A stretch of DNA of 63,254 bases, filler included, from Phoronis australis (GCA_002633005.1; 5 parts of 5 records of this genome joined end to end with filler, not necessarily neighbours in it); one strand, 5' to 3'. Counted from the whole stretch's first letter, positions 38,601-51,270 are shown. Translations and numbers: made by a program. Notes: generated by a model not told the origin, from the letters alone.

Positions 38601-41600
38601 CAATCAGCGCAATACCCAGCACGACTTTGCCCTACCCCGATAAACTGAGAACTTTACGGAGATTCCGCCTCTTCACTTCAAACGTCTATTGCCGGAAAAT
38701 TAATCGTTGAAAATCGATGCCCCTCCCTTCCTAGGTTCTCTGGTCCTCCTTTAGCAAAGGAACAGAAATAAACCTGACTTTCAACGGTTGGGTTTTCGTC
38801 AATCGGCGCAAAACCCGCACCACTTTGCCTACCTCGAAAAACCGAGAATTTTACGGGGATTCCGCCTCCTCACTCCGAACGCCTATGGCCAGAAGACTAA
38901 CCGTTGAAAATCGATGCCTCTCCATTCCTAGGTTATCTGGCCCTCCCCAAATAAAGGAAAGGAAAAAATGTCTTTCAACGGTTGGGAGTTCGTCAATCAG
39001 CGTACTACCCAGCACGACTTTGCCCTACCCCGATAAACCGAGAATTTTACGTAGATTCCGCCTCTTCACTTTAAACGTCTATTGCCGGAAAATTAACAGT
39101 TGAAAATCGATGCCCCACCGTTCCTAGGTCCTCTGGTCATCTCTTAGTAAAGAAATAGAAATAAACTTGACTTTCATCGGTTGGTTTTTTGTCAATCGGC
39201 GCAAAACCCGCACCACTTTGCCATACCTCGAAAAAGCGAGAATTTTACAGAGATTCCGCCTCCTCAATCCAAACGTCTATTGCCTGAAATCTAGCCGTTG
39301 AAAATCGATGCCCCTCCGTTCCTAGGGCCTCTGGCCATTCCTCAGTAAGGGAAAAGAAAAATAATTGACTTTCAACGTGAAGTTTTCGTTAATCGGCGAA
39401 AAACCGCGCACGACTTTGCCCTACCTCGAAAAACCGAGAATTTTTCGGAGATTCCGCCTCTTCACTTCAAACGTCTATTGCCGGAAAATTAACCGTTGGA
39501 AATCGAGGCCCTCCGTTCCTAGGTTCTCTGGTCCTCCGTTATCAAAGTAACAGAAATAAAAATGATTTTCAACGGTTGGCTTTTCGTCAATCGGCGCAAA
39601 ACCCGCACGACTTTGCACTACCTCGAAAAACCGAGAATTTTACGGAGATTCCGCCTCCTCATTTCAAACGTCTATTTCCGAAAAACTAACCGTTGAAAAT
39701 CGATGCCCCTCCTTTCCTAGATCCACTGGCCATTCCTCAGTAGAAGAAAAGAAAAATAATTGACTTTCAACGTTTACGTTTTCGTCAATCGGCGAAAAGC
39801 CGCGCACGACTTTGCCCTAACTCGAAAAACCTAGAGTTTTACGGAGATTCCGCCTCCTCACTTCAAACGTTAATTTCCGGAAAACTAACCGTTGAAAATC
39901 GATGCCCCTCTGTTCCTAGGCACTCTGGCCCTTCGCCAATAAACGAAAAGAAAAGAAATATCTTTCAACGGTTGGATTTTCGTCAGTCGGCGCAAAACCC
40001 GCACCACTTTGCCCTACCTCGAAAAACCGAGAATTTTACGGAGATTCCGCCTCCTCACTCCAAACGTCTATTGCCGAAAAACTAACCGTTGAAAATCGAT
40101 GCCCCTCCGTTCCTTGGTTCTCTGGCCATTCTTCAGTTCAGAAAAAGAAAAATAATGGACTTTCAACGGTTAAATTTTCGTCAACCGGCGAAAAACCGCG
40201 CACGACTTTGCCCTACCTCGAAAAACGGAGAATTTTTCGGAGATTCCGCCTCCTCACTTCAAACGTCTATTGCCTGAAATTTAAGCGTTGAAAATCGATG
40301 CTTTATTGCCGGAAAACTAACCGTTGAAAATCAATGCCCCTCCGATCCTATGTCCTCTGGCCCTCCCCCATTAAAGGAATGGAAAAAAACTTGACTTTCT
40401 ACGTTGGGTTTTCGTCAATCGGTGCAAAACTCCCTACGATTTTGCCCACCACGAAAAACCGAGAGTTTTACAGAGATTCCGCGTCCTCAATTCAAATGCC
40501 TATTACCGGAAAACTAAAAGTTGAGAAACGATGCCCCTCCGTTCCTAGGTCCTCTGGCCAACCCTCAGTAGAGGAAAAGAAAAATGTTTGGCTTTTGACG
40601 TTTCAGTTTTCGTCAATTGGAGCAAAACCCCACACAACATTGCCCAACCCCGAAAAACCGAGAGTTTTACGGAGATTCCGTTTCCTCTATTAAAACGTCT
40701 ATTGCCGGAAAACTAACCGTTGAAAATCGATGCTCCTCCGTTCCTAGGTCTCCCGGCCCTTTCTCAGTAAAGGAAAAGAAAAAAATTCGACTTTCAGCGC
40801 TTGGGTTTTCGTCAATCGGCGGAAAAGACTGGACAATTTTGCCCTTCCCAGAAAAAAACTGGAATTTTATGGGGATTCCGCTTCCTCACTTCAAATATCT
40901 ATTGCAGGAAAACCAACCGTTGAAAATCAATGCCCCTCCGTTCCTAGGTCCTCTGGCCTTCCGTCAGTAGAGTGAAAGAAAAAAATCGACTTTCAACGGT
41001 TGGGTCTTCGTCAATCGGCGCAATACCTCGCTCGACCTTGCCCTACCACGAGAAAACGAGTTTTACGGAGATTCCGCCTCCTCATTTCAAACGTTTGTTG
41101 CCGGACAACTAACCGTTGAAAATCAATGCCACTCCATTCCTAGGTCTTCTGCCCCTCCCTCAGTATAGGAAAAGAAAAAAAAACGACTTTCAAGGGTTGG
41201 GTTTTCGTCAATCGGCGCAAGACCCCGCACGACCTTACCCTACAACGAAAAACCGAGAATTTTAAGGAGATTCCGTCTCCTCAATTCAAACGTCTATTCA
41301 TGGAAAAATATCCATTGAAAATCAACGCCTGCCCGTTCCTAGTTTGTCTGGCCTTTGTCAGTAGAGAAACAGAAAAAAATGACTTTCAACGGTTGGGTTT
41401 TCGTCAATCAGCGTTGTAGCGCGCATGACTTTGCCCCACCTCGAAAAACCGAGAATTTTACGGATATTCCGCCTCCTCAACTCAAACGTCTATTGCCGGA
41501 AAAATAACCGTTCAAAATCTATGCTCCTCCGTTCCTAGGTCTCCCGGCCCTTTCTCAGTAAAGGAAAAGAAAAAAACTTGACTTTCAATGGTTAAGTTTT

Positions 41601-44600
41601 CGTCAATTCGCGCAAAACCGCGCACGACTTTGCCCTACCCCGAAAAACCGAGAATTTTACGCAGATTCCGCCTCCTCAATACAAACGTCTCTTGCCAGAA
41701 AACTAAACTTTGAAAATCGATGCTCCTCCGTTCCTAGGTCCCCCGGCCCTTTCTAAGTAAAGGAAAAGAAAAAAAAAATGACTTTCAACGGTTGGATTTT
41801 CGCCAATCGGCGCAAAATCGCGCACGACTATGTCCTACCTTAAAAAACCGAGAATTTTACGGAGATTCCGAATCCTCAATTCAAACGTCTATTGCCGGAA
41901 AACTAACAGTTAAAAATAGATGCCCCTTCTTTTCCTAGGTCCTCTGTCCCTCCCTCCGTAGAGGAAAAGAAAAAAAAATGACTTTCAACGGTTGGGTTTT
42001 CGTCAATCGGCGAAAAACACCGCACGACTTTGCCCTACCCCGAAAAACCGAGAATTTTACGGAGATTCCGCCTCCTCAATTCAAACGTCTATTACCGAAA
42101 AACTAACAGCTGAAAATCGGTTCCCCTCCGTTGCTAGATCCTCTGGTTTTCCTTCAGTGGAGACAAAGAAAAAAAATGACTTTCAACAGTTGGGTTTTCG
42201 TCAATCGGCGAAAAACCCCGCACAACTTTGCCCTACCTCGAAAAACCGAGAATTTTACGGAGATTCCGCCTCCTCACTTCAAACGTCTATGGCCGGAAAA
42301 CTAACCGTTGGAAATCGATGCCCCTCCGTTCCTAGGTCCTCTGGTCAACGCTCAGTAGAGAAAAAGAAAAAAAATGACTTTACTTTCCAATGTTGGGTTT
42401 TCGTCACTCGGCGAAAAACCCCGCACAACTTTGCGCTACCTCGAAAAACCGAGAATTTTAAGGAGATTCCGCCTCCTCAATTCAAACGTCTATTGCCGGA
42501 AAACTAACCGTTGAAAATCGATGCCCCTCCGTTCCTAGGTCCTCTGGCCAACACTCAGTAGACAAAAAGAAAACAAATGACTTTCCAAGGTTGGGTTTTC
42601 GTGAGTCGGCGCAAAACCCCACACAACATTGCCCAACCCCCAAAAACCGGAAATTTTACGGAGATTCCGCCTCCTCAATTCAAACGTCTATTGCCGGAAA
42701 AATAACCGTTGAAAATCGATGCCCCTCGGTTCCTAGGGCCTTTGGCCCTTCCTCAGTAACCGAAAAGAAAAATAACTTGACTTTGAGCGTTTGTGTTTTC
42801 GTCAGTCGGCGCAAAACCCCGCACAACTTTGCCCTACCACGAAAAACCGAGTATTTTACGGAGATTCCACCTAATCATTTCAAACGTCTATTGCCGGAAA
42901 ACTAACCGTTGAAAATTAATGCTCCTCCGTCCCTGGGTCATCTATCCCTCCCTCAGTAGTGGAAAAGAAAAAAAAATGACTTTCAACGGTTGGGTTTTTG
43001 TCAATCGGCGCAATACCAAGCACGACTTTGCCCTACCCAGAAAAAACGAGTATTTACCTTGATTCCGCCTAATCAATTCAAAACTGTATTGCCGGAAAAA
43101 TAACGGTTGAAATTCGATGCCACTCCGTTCCTAGGTGCTCTGGCCCTCCCCCAGTTAATTAAAAGAAAAAAAAAACTTGAATTTCAGTTGTTGGGTTTTC
43201 GCCAAACGGCGCAAAACCCCTCACAACTTTGCCCTAACATGAAAACCCGAGAATTTTACGGAGATTCCGCCTCCTCATTTCAAATGTCTACTGCAGGAAA
43301 GCTTACCGTTGAAAATCGATGCCCCTCCGTGCTTAGGTCCTCTGGCCGTCCCTCAGTAGAGGGAAAGAAAAAAAATGACTTTGAACTTTGGGTTTTCTTC
43401 AATTGGCGCCAAACCTCGCACGACTTTGCCCTACCCGGAAAAAACGAGTATTTTACGGAGATTCCGCCTCTTCATTTCAAAAATCTATTGCCGGAAAAAA
43501 ACGTTGAAAATCGATGCCCCTCCGTTCCCAGGTGCTCTGGCCCTCCCCCAGTAAAGGAAAAGAAAAAACTTGACTTTCAACGGTTGGGTTTTCGTCAATC
43601 GGCGCAAAAACCCGTAGGAATTTGTGCTACCCCAAAAAACCGAGAATTTTAGGGGGGTTCCGCCTCTTCAATTCAAACGTCTATTACCGGTTAACTAACA
43701 GTTAGAAATCGATGCCCCTCCGTTCCTAGATCCTCTGGCCCTCCATCGGTAGAGTAAAAGAAAATAAATGACTTTCAACGGTTGGATTATCGTCAATCGG
43801 TGCCTAACTCCGCACAACTTTGCCCTACCTCGAAAAACCGAGAATTTTACGGAGATTCCGTCTCCTCAATTCAAACGGCTATTGATGGAAAAGTATCGGT
43901 TGAAAATCAATGCCCCTCCGTTCGCAAGTTGTCTGGCCCTCTCTCAGTAGAGAAACAGAAAATAATGACTTTCAACGGTTGGTTTTTTGTCGATCAGCGT
44001 AGTACCGCGACTGACTTTGCCCCACTTCGAAAAAAGGAGAATATTACGGAGATTCCGCCTCCTCAATTCAAACGTCTATTGCCGGAAAACTAACCGTTGA
44101 AAATCGATGCCCCTCCGTTCCTAGGTCCTCTGGCCAACACTCAGTAGACAAAAAGAAAACAAATGACTTTCCAAGGTTGGGTTTTCGTGAGTCGGCGCAA
44201 AACCCCACACAACATTGCCCAACCCCCAAAAACCGGAAATTNCCTCTCTCAGTAGAGAAACAGAAAATAATGACTTTCAACGGTTGGGTTTTTGTCGATC
44301 AGCGTAGTTCCGCGACTGACTTTGCCCCACTTCGAAAAACCGAGAATTTTACGGAGATTGCGCCTCCTCAATTCAAACGTCTATTGCCGGAAAAATAACC
44401 GTTGCAAATCGATGCCCCTCTGTTCCTAGGTCCTCTGGCCATCCCTAGTAGAGGAAAAGAAAACAAAATGGCTTTAAAAGTTTGGGTTTTCGTCAATCGG
44501 TGCAAAACCCCGCACAACTTTGCCCTACCCCGAAAAGCCGAGTATTTTAAGGAGATTCCGCCTAATCAATACAAAATTCTATTGCCGGAAAATTAACCGT

Positions 44601-46749
44601 TGAAAATTAATGCTCCTCCGTCCCTAGGTCATCTGTCCCTCCCTCAGTAGTGGACAAGAAAAAAAATCGACTTTCATCGGTTGGGCTTTTGTCAATCGGC
44701 GCAATACCCCGCACGACTTTGCCCTACCCAGAAAAAACGAGTACTTTACGTTGATTCCGCCTAATCAATTCAAAACTGTATTGCCGGAAAAATAACAGTT
44801 GAAATTCGATTCCCCTCCGTTCCTAGGTGCTCTGGTCTTCCTCCAGTAAATTAAAAGAAAAAAAAAACTTGACTTTCAATGGTTGGGTTTTCGCCAATCG
44901 GCCCAAAACCCCGCACGACTTTGCCCTAACCCGAAAAACCGAGTATTTTACGGAGATTCCGCCTAATCAATTCAAAAATCTATTGCCGGAAAAAAAGTTG
45001 AAAATCGATGCAGCTCCGTTCCCCGGTGCTCTAGCCCTGTCCCAGTAAAGGAAAAGAAAAAACTTGACTTTCAACGGTTGGGTTTTCGTCAATCGGCGCA
45101 AAACCCCGTACGACTTTGCCCTACCCCGAAAAACCGAGAATTTTACGGAGATTACGCCTCCTCAATTCAAACGTCTATTACCGGTTAACTAACCGTTGAA
45201 AATCGATGCCCCTCCGTTCCTAGGTGCTCTGGCCCTCCCCCAGTAAGGGAAAAGAAAAAACGTGACTTTTAAGGTAGGGTTTTCGTCAGTTGGGGCAAAA
45301 CCACGCACGACTGTGCCCTACCCCGAAAAACTTAGAATCTTACGGAGATTCCGCCTCCTCATTTCAAACGTCTATTGCTGGAAAACTAACCATTAAAAAA
45401 CAATGCCCCCCGTTCCTTGGTCCTCTGGCCCTCTCTCAGTAGAGAAACAGAAACATATTTGACTTCCAGCAGTTGGGTTTTCGCTAATCGGCATAAAACT
45501 CCGCACGACTTTGCCCTACCCCGTAAGAACGATTATTTTGCGGATATTCCGCCTCCTCACTTCAAACTTCTATGTTTGGAAAACTAACCGTTGAAAATCG
45601 ATGCCCCTCCGTTCCTAGGTCCTCTGGCCCTCCCTCAAAAGTGGAAAAGCAAAGAATCGACTTTCAACCTTTAGTTTTTTGTCAATCGGCGCAAAACCCC
45701 GCACGACTTTGCCCTACCCCGAAAAACCGGGAATTTTACGGAGATTCCGCCTCCTCATTTCAAACGTCTATTGCTGGAAAACTAACGACTAAAAAGCAAT
45801 GCCTCTCCGTTCCTAGGTCCTCAGGCCCTCCCTGAGTAGAGGAGAAGAACACATTTTGACTTTAAACGGTTGGGTTTTCGTCAATCGGCGCAAAAGCCCG
45901 CTCAACTTTGCCCTACCCTGAAAAACCGAGAATTTTACGGAGATTCAGCCTCTTCAATTCTAACGTTTATTGCCCGGAAAACTAAGTGTTGAAAATCGAT
46001 TCCCCTCCGTTCCTACTGTAAGTCCTCTGGCATTCTCTCAGTAGAGGGGAAGAAAAAATGTCGAATTTCAACGGTTGGATTGTCGTAAGTCAACGCAGAA
46101 CCCTGCACGTCTTTCCCATACCCCGAAAAACCGAGTATTTTAAAGCCATTCCGCCTGCTCACCTCAAAAGTTTATTGCCGGAAAACTAACCTTTGGAAAT
46201 CGATGCCCCTCCTTTCCTCGGTCCTCTGGTCCTCCCTCAGTATTGGAAGAAAAAGAAATCGAGTTTCAACGGTTGGATTTTCATCAATCGGCGCATACCC
46301 CGCACGACTTTACCCTACCCCGAAAAACCGAGAATTTTACGGAGATTCCGCCTCCTCATTTCAAACGTCTATTGCCGGAAAACTAACCATTGAAAATCAA
46401 TGCTCCTCCGTTCCTAAGTCCTCTGGCCCTCTCTCAGTAGAGAAACTGAAAACAAATTAACTTTCAACGGTTGGGTTTTCAATAATCGGCGTAAAACTCC
46501 GCACGACTTTGCCCTACCCGGAAATACCGTGTATTTTACGGAGATTCCGACTCCTCAATTCCAACGTCTATGGCCGCAAAACTACATGTAATAGTTCAAA
46601 ATCAGTGCCCCTGCGTTCCTAGGTCCTGTGGCCCTCCCTCAATAGAGGGAATGAAAACAAAACCGACTTTCCAAGGTTGGGTTTTCGTCAATCGGCGCAG
46701 AACCCCGCACGACCTTGCTCTACCCCGATAAACAGAGAATCTCACGGAG

Positions 46750-47150
46750 TGTGAGTGTTGGCAAGTCAGGAGGAGTTAATACCGTTTAAGAGTGCTTTAT
46801 TGAAAGACGTGAAACATTTCTTATTGACATTCTCACATTTCTTCACTGTTTCAGTTCTAAACATAAAAAACAAAATGCATGCAAACCTCACAGATACAGA
46901 AAAAATGCAAATTCGGAAATGCCAAAAACGAAAATACCATGGAAAATACCTCTGAGTATACCGCCGCTCCCTGGCTCTCCTCAGTGACGCCGAATATGCA
47001 CTGCCACAATGTGAGTCAATCGAGTCAGCACACAACAGTTCATTTTCAAATGAGGGTTAGGTCAAGTGCAAATTACATTCACTCCATTCAATCATGAATA
47101 TACACATGGCCATAAGCCACCCGGAGTAAACAAACGTGAAGTATCTTACA
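46750..47150 (-). mobile_element. Solo LTR (401 bp) inserted in a satellite monomer
   Basis: Ends TGTGAG...CTTACA (TG..CA with a short inverted repeat). 5-bp TSD CGGAG/TGGAG at 46745-46749 and 47151-47155, derived from the monomer ...TTACGGAGATTCC. AATAAA on the minus strand near 46800. Confidence 0.8.
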
Positions 47151-47255
47151 TGGAGATTCCGCCTCCTCACTTCAAACGTGTTTTTCCGGAAAAGTAACTG
47201 CTGGAAATCTATGCCCCTCCGTTCCTAGGTCCTCTGGCCCTCTCTCAGCTGATGA

Positions 47256-47281
47256 TTAGGGTTAGGGTTAGGGTTAGGGTT
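47256..47281 (+). repeat. Interstitial telomeric repeat (TTAGGG)4TT
   Basis: Four perfect hexamers replace the A-rich linker of one satellite monomer. Confidence 0.9.
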
Positions 47282-49456
47282 CAGAACGGTTGAGTTTTCG
47301 TTAATCGGCGCAAAACCGGGCACTTCGTTGCCCTTCCCCGAAAAACCGAGAATTTTACGCAGATTCCGCCTCCTCAATTCAAACGTCTATTGCCGGAGAA
47401 CTAACCGTTGAAAATCGATGCCCTTCCGTTCGTAGGTCCTCTGGCCCTCCATCAGTAGAGTAAAAGAAAAAGAATGGATTCTCAACAGTTAAGTTTTCGT
47501 CAATTGGCACAAAGCCCCGCACGACTTTGCCCTACCTCGAAAATTCGAGAATTTTACGGAGATTTCGCATCCTCATTTGAAACGTCCATTGCCGGAAAAC
47601 TAACCGTTGGAAATCGATGCTCCTCCGTTCCTATGTTCCCTGGCCCTCCATCACTAGAGGAAAAGAAAAATAATTGACTTTTAACACTTGAGTTTTCGTC
47701 AATTGGCGCAAAACCGCGCACGACTTTGCCCTAACTCGAATAACCGAGAATTTTACGGAGATTCCGCCTCCTCAGTTGAAACGTCTATTGCCGTAAAACT
47801 AACCGTTGAAAATCGATNNNNNNNNNNNNNNNNNNNNNNNNNNNNNNNNNNNNNNNNNNNNTTAATTAATTAANNNNNNNNNNNNNNNNNNNNNNNNNNN
47901 NNNNNNNNNNNNNNNNNTCCTCTCATAGAAGCACCCTTTTTATGCAATCTCAGATTTAGTTGGCACGGCTGCAAGCCATTTCACCATGTATTTAAAGGGC
48001 TCGCGAAATCGAGGCTGTTAATCTATCACCACTAGTACACGCACGCCCTCTAGTTATTGTAGATTTTCCGAATAGCCCCATTATCATGCGCTCGGCGCCT
48101 GATCACGGATGTCGAAAGGTGAGGTTAACGGATTTCTCTGTAATTCTCCATGAACAAATCGCTAGGTACAGTTTTTTCTCGTGGGTCATTCGGTGTTCAG
48201 TGTGGCACGATTGTTAATTTAAATTATGTTTAGTCAGTACTCAATGTACCTCCAACCAGAGTGCAGACACCGGCAGACATCCATGTTTGTACATACTGGG
48301 GTACACCTGTTACTCGATATTGGTTCGTTTATCAAGAACGATCATATAATACTAACAGGGTTTTATTTCCGGTAATTGATAATCGTTTCTGTCTTATCTG
48401 TTCAAAAATTATGAAAGTTTTGTACCGTTGTGTTTCGCCGACTCCAGCCTCTGTGGTGGCTGCATGCTGACAGGACCTCAATCTGCTTGCGTGGCATTTG
48501 CATCTCAAATGTGACAATAAAATCAAACTTGGTGATTGCCAACAACAACTGTCTTATTGTCTGGAATTACTACCCCTTTTGTCAGCGAACTCCCGTACTC
48601 CTCGTATAAAGTAAGATTTTTTATAGTCCTGTCTGTCTGTGGGAAATGCGTTCGAAGGTTTTCACAATATAAACATACACCTGGTGGAAAAGGCGAAAGG
48701 CAATGTGTCGCACTGCCCATCTTGGTTTCCATGGCTTCTTGTTGCCGTCAGACGTGTCGGACTGAATCACTATAGTTGCCAAAAAATTCGCCCTTTTGGG
48801 ATTTCAGGGCGACACATCTGACTGCAACGGACTGTTGCGTACCCACTGGGTTCATATAACGCGCGTGACCAGGGTCTGTATAACGTGCGTGCCCACACAA
48901 ATGAACTCCTATCATCGCACGCGCCTTATTTGTAACTTGAGCTGACTACAAAGCTGCCGACAAATATAAAATCGTATGTTTGCCTGGTTTGTAAGTACAC
49001 TCTTTTACACGCAGTGTTACCTTTTGTAGCGCTGTGGAATGTTGTTTATCATGGCTTCGCATTTGTTAAAGTAATGAAACCGACGTCATAACTCAGTTAT
49101 TCCCATTGGTTGAAATCTGGGAAACCCCTTTCAGTTTAGTGTTACGTAGTATGGCGACCACCTTTGACTTGAATAGTTGCAATTTATTAAAAAGGGCAGT
49201 GATCGAAGTAAACAAAATCAAGGATACCCCGATCCCGTAGCTAAACCCAAACAAGTACAGTGCATAGATGGGGCGTGTGCAAGTCTGGTGGCGTTGTGAT
49301 CGATAAACTTCCGACCAAGCATGCGCATTGATGCCCACACACGGAATTCCGTGTGTCGTTCATCACGTTTCCACAGGAGGGCCACTTTTTAGTATAGGTG
49401 ACGCTGTGTCAGAGAGTAGGCTTATAGCTGACAATCTTTCTCGAGTATTTTAATGG

Positions 49457-49535
49457 CAACCTCGTCCCCAAGCCTCAAGATAGCGCTGATCGGCTTAACC
49501 AATCAGCGCCATCTTGAGGCTTGGGGACGAGGCTG
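49457..49535. mobile_element. 79-bp palindromic MITE (MULE-type)
   Basis: CAACCTCGTCCCCAAGCCTCAAGATAGCGCTGAT - loop - ATCAGCGCCATCTTGAGGCTTGGGGACGAGGCTG; degenerate 9-bp TSD TTTTAATGG / CTTTAGTGG. Confidence 0.8.
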
Positions 49536-49787
49536 CTTTAGTGGCAGCTCACAAACATTCATTTACAACGAAATATATTTCTTAGTAAAAGATCATTACG
49601 GAGGTTATGGAAAAGTACAAATGCAGGTAATATGAATTAAGTTTCCGGTGGTTGTTGTGCGTTAGCACCCGTTGCACCCCCCTGCGTACGGGCGTGCTTA
49701 GTGATTGACTTCACCGGCTCGACCGACTAAGACGTTGGGTTCCCGGCTCTTAACGTCAGAAGTAACCATGCGGAGGGACTATCGAAT

Positions 49788-50789
49788 CAGCTACGCCCCT
49801 CTAGCCTCAAGATGGTGCTGATCGGTTTAGCCATTTGAGGTCGCTTGGTAAGGAGAAATTTGGAAGTACCCGGACTCGTTTTTACAAAAATCGTCGGAAT
49901 ATCACTAGTAATGTTAAGTTTATTTCAACTGTCAAATCTGCTGTAATACAAATCAAAATGAGCTGTATTTATGCAGCGATTTAGGTGAAGCAGGATAATT
50001 ACTGTGGTGCTTTCAATCAGCAAATAAAACAGAATTGACAACAAGTACACGAGCACCTGTTAGTTCAAACAATAATGAAAACAGTGTCTTCTGCTACCGA
50101 ATCAAAAATAATGAAAGTAGTTAGAATCTGCCTTTATATCTGATTTAGTTTCTGGGAAAAAAATACTCAAATTTATCACATTAAAGAAGTAAGGACAAGA
50201 ATCATCAAAAATTTGTAATTCACAGATTGAAGTCTGAAGGTTTCTTGTGTCGCTCTTGTCAGCGGTTAACGTCGTTTACGGTTAATCAGCGCGCGGAAAG
50301 ATGTCTCCTCACCAAGCCCTAAATGTTGATATAGTTTGTGATCTTTTGTACAGACAAATCAGCGCTCAATTCATGTTCAAGAAATGGGAATCGGAAAGTT
50401 GTGGTTGCGCCTTTTCGGAGTGCATTTTTCTACTGTCGCTGATTTTTGTTTATGTTGCTGTCCTGTATTCACACAGTATGAATAACACATCGGTTAAATC
50501 GGACGGATGTGTGTGCATTGTATGTGCTTCAAGCACGCGGCTATTGAACATTACTGCAGAAGGGACATATTTGCTGTCACACAATTTGCATGAAAAGGCT
50601 AAAAAATCGTTCACAGTCAGCCATTTTCTTACTTTCTTCTAAACCTAACGAATGACTGCCGAGGTTACATCAATCAGTGACAAAACGCATACTAATGAAT
50701 GGTACCTGCGTGTTCTCTAGACACGCAGGGGACCAGCGAGTAAATGGCTAACCCTATCCGCGCCGTCTTGAGGCATGGGGACGAGTCTG
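49788..50789. mobile_element. ~1-kb non-autonomous element of the same TIR family
   Basis: Left end CAG...GCCTCAAGATGGTGCTGATCGGTTTAGCCATTT is inverted relative to right end AAATGGCTAACCCTATCCGCGCCGTCTTGAGGCATGGGGACGAGTCTG. 9-bp TSD CTATCGAAT (49779-49787) / CTATCGTAT (50790-50798). Confidence 0.7.
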
Positions 50790-51041
50790 CTATCGTATGT
50801 CTCATCAGGCTCGCCCTGTGGAACCCGAGAAGTCAATTAAGAACAGTCAATCTGTATTGACCAAAACGTGATTAAGAGCTACTGGAACAAAACCGCAGGG
50901 ACGGACATGCATGTCTCGACCAGATGTGTTATTATTTTGAGTCGATGTTGAATAAGATTCTAAGTCTGTAATTTCACAGGACAAGCAGATTTTGTGAAAA
51001 TTAATTTGAGGCGTGGTCATGTACTTTATATGTATTATTAC

Positions 51042-51270
51042 CTGTTACCATTGTGTAGTGATTCGGAAAGGTGGACGTCGTGAATGCAGTATTGATGTAC
51101 TTAGCCTTTACACCTTCTCTCGCCATTCGCTCAAAGTTTGGCTTGTGTCGTACACGATCCAAGTAATCATATCGAAACCCATCCATAGAAATCAACAGTA
51201 CTCGTCCAGAGTATGCAGACTGACAAGTTTGTACAAAAAAACAAATAACGAGGAGGAGAAGTCGCAACAT
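51042..51270 (-). CDS. ENPP: First coding exon of an ectonucleotide pyrophosphatase/phosphodiesterase (ENPP4-7-like)
   Basis: Signal peptide MLRLLLLVICFFVQTCQS, then VLLISMDGFRYDYL and catalytic TSTFPNHYTMVTG; donor G|gtaata at 51041. Later exons not found in this piece. Confidence 0.92.

Larger units (their letters stand above)
26700..47817. repeat. Satellite DNA array, ~197-199 bp monomer, about 100 copies
   Basis: GACTTTCAACGG recurs at 26710, 26909, 27107, 27306 and onward. Consensus GACTTTCAACGGTTGGGTTTTCGTCAATCGGCGCAAAACCCGCACGACTTTGCCCTACCTCGAAAAACCGAGAATTTTACGGAGATTCCGCCTCCTCACTTCAAACGTCTATTGCCGGAAAACTAACCGTTGAAAATCGATGCCCCTCCGTTCCTAGG plus a variable A-rich linker. Confidence 0.97.

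Noticed and set aside
26700-47817. CRISPR-like repeat/spacer array
   Set aside because: The variable linkers are homologous to one another rather than unique spacers, the unit is far too long, there are no cas genes, and the context is eukaryotic.
26708-47873. Dozens of similar ORFs (e.g. REFYGDSASSLQTSIAGKLTVENRCP) suggesting a repeat-protein family
   Set aside because: They are translations of the ~198-bp satellite. They occur in all frames and are broken by frequent indels in A-runs, with no codon-level conservation.
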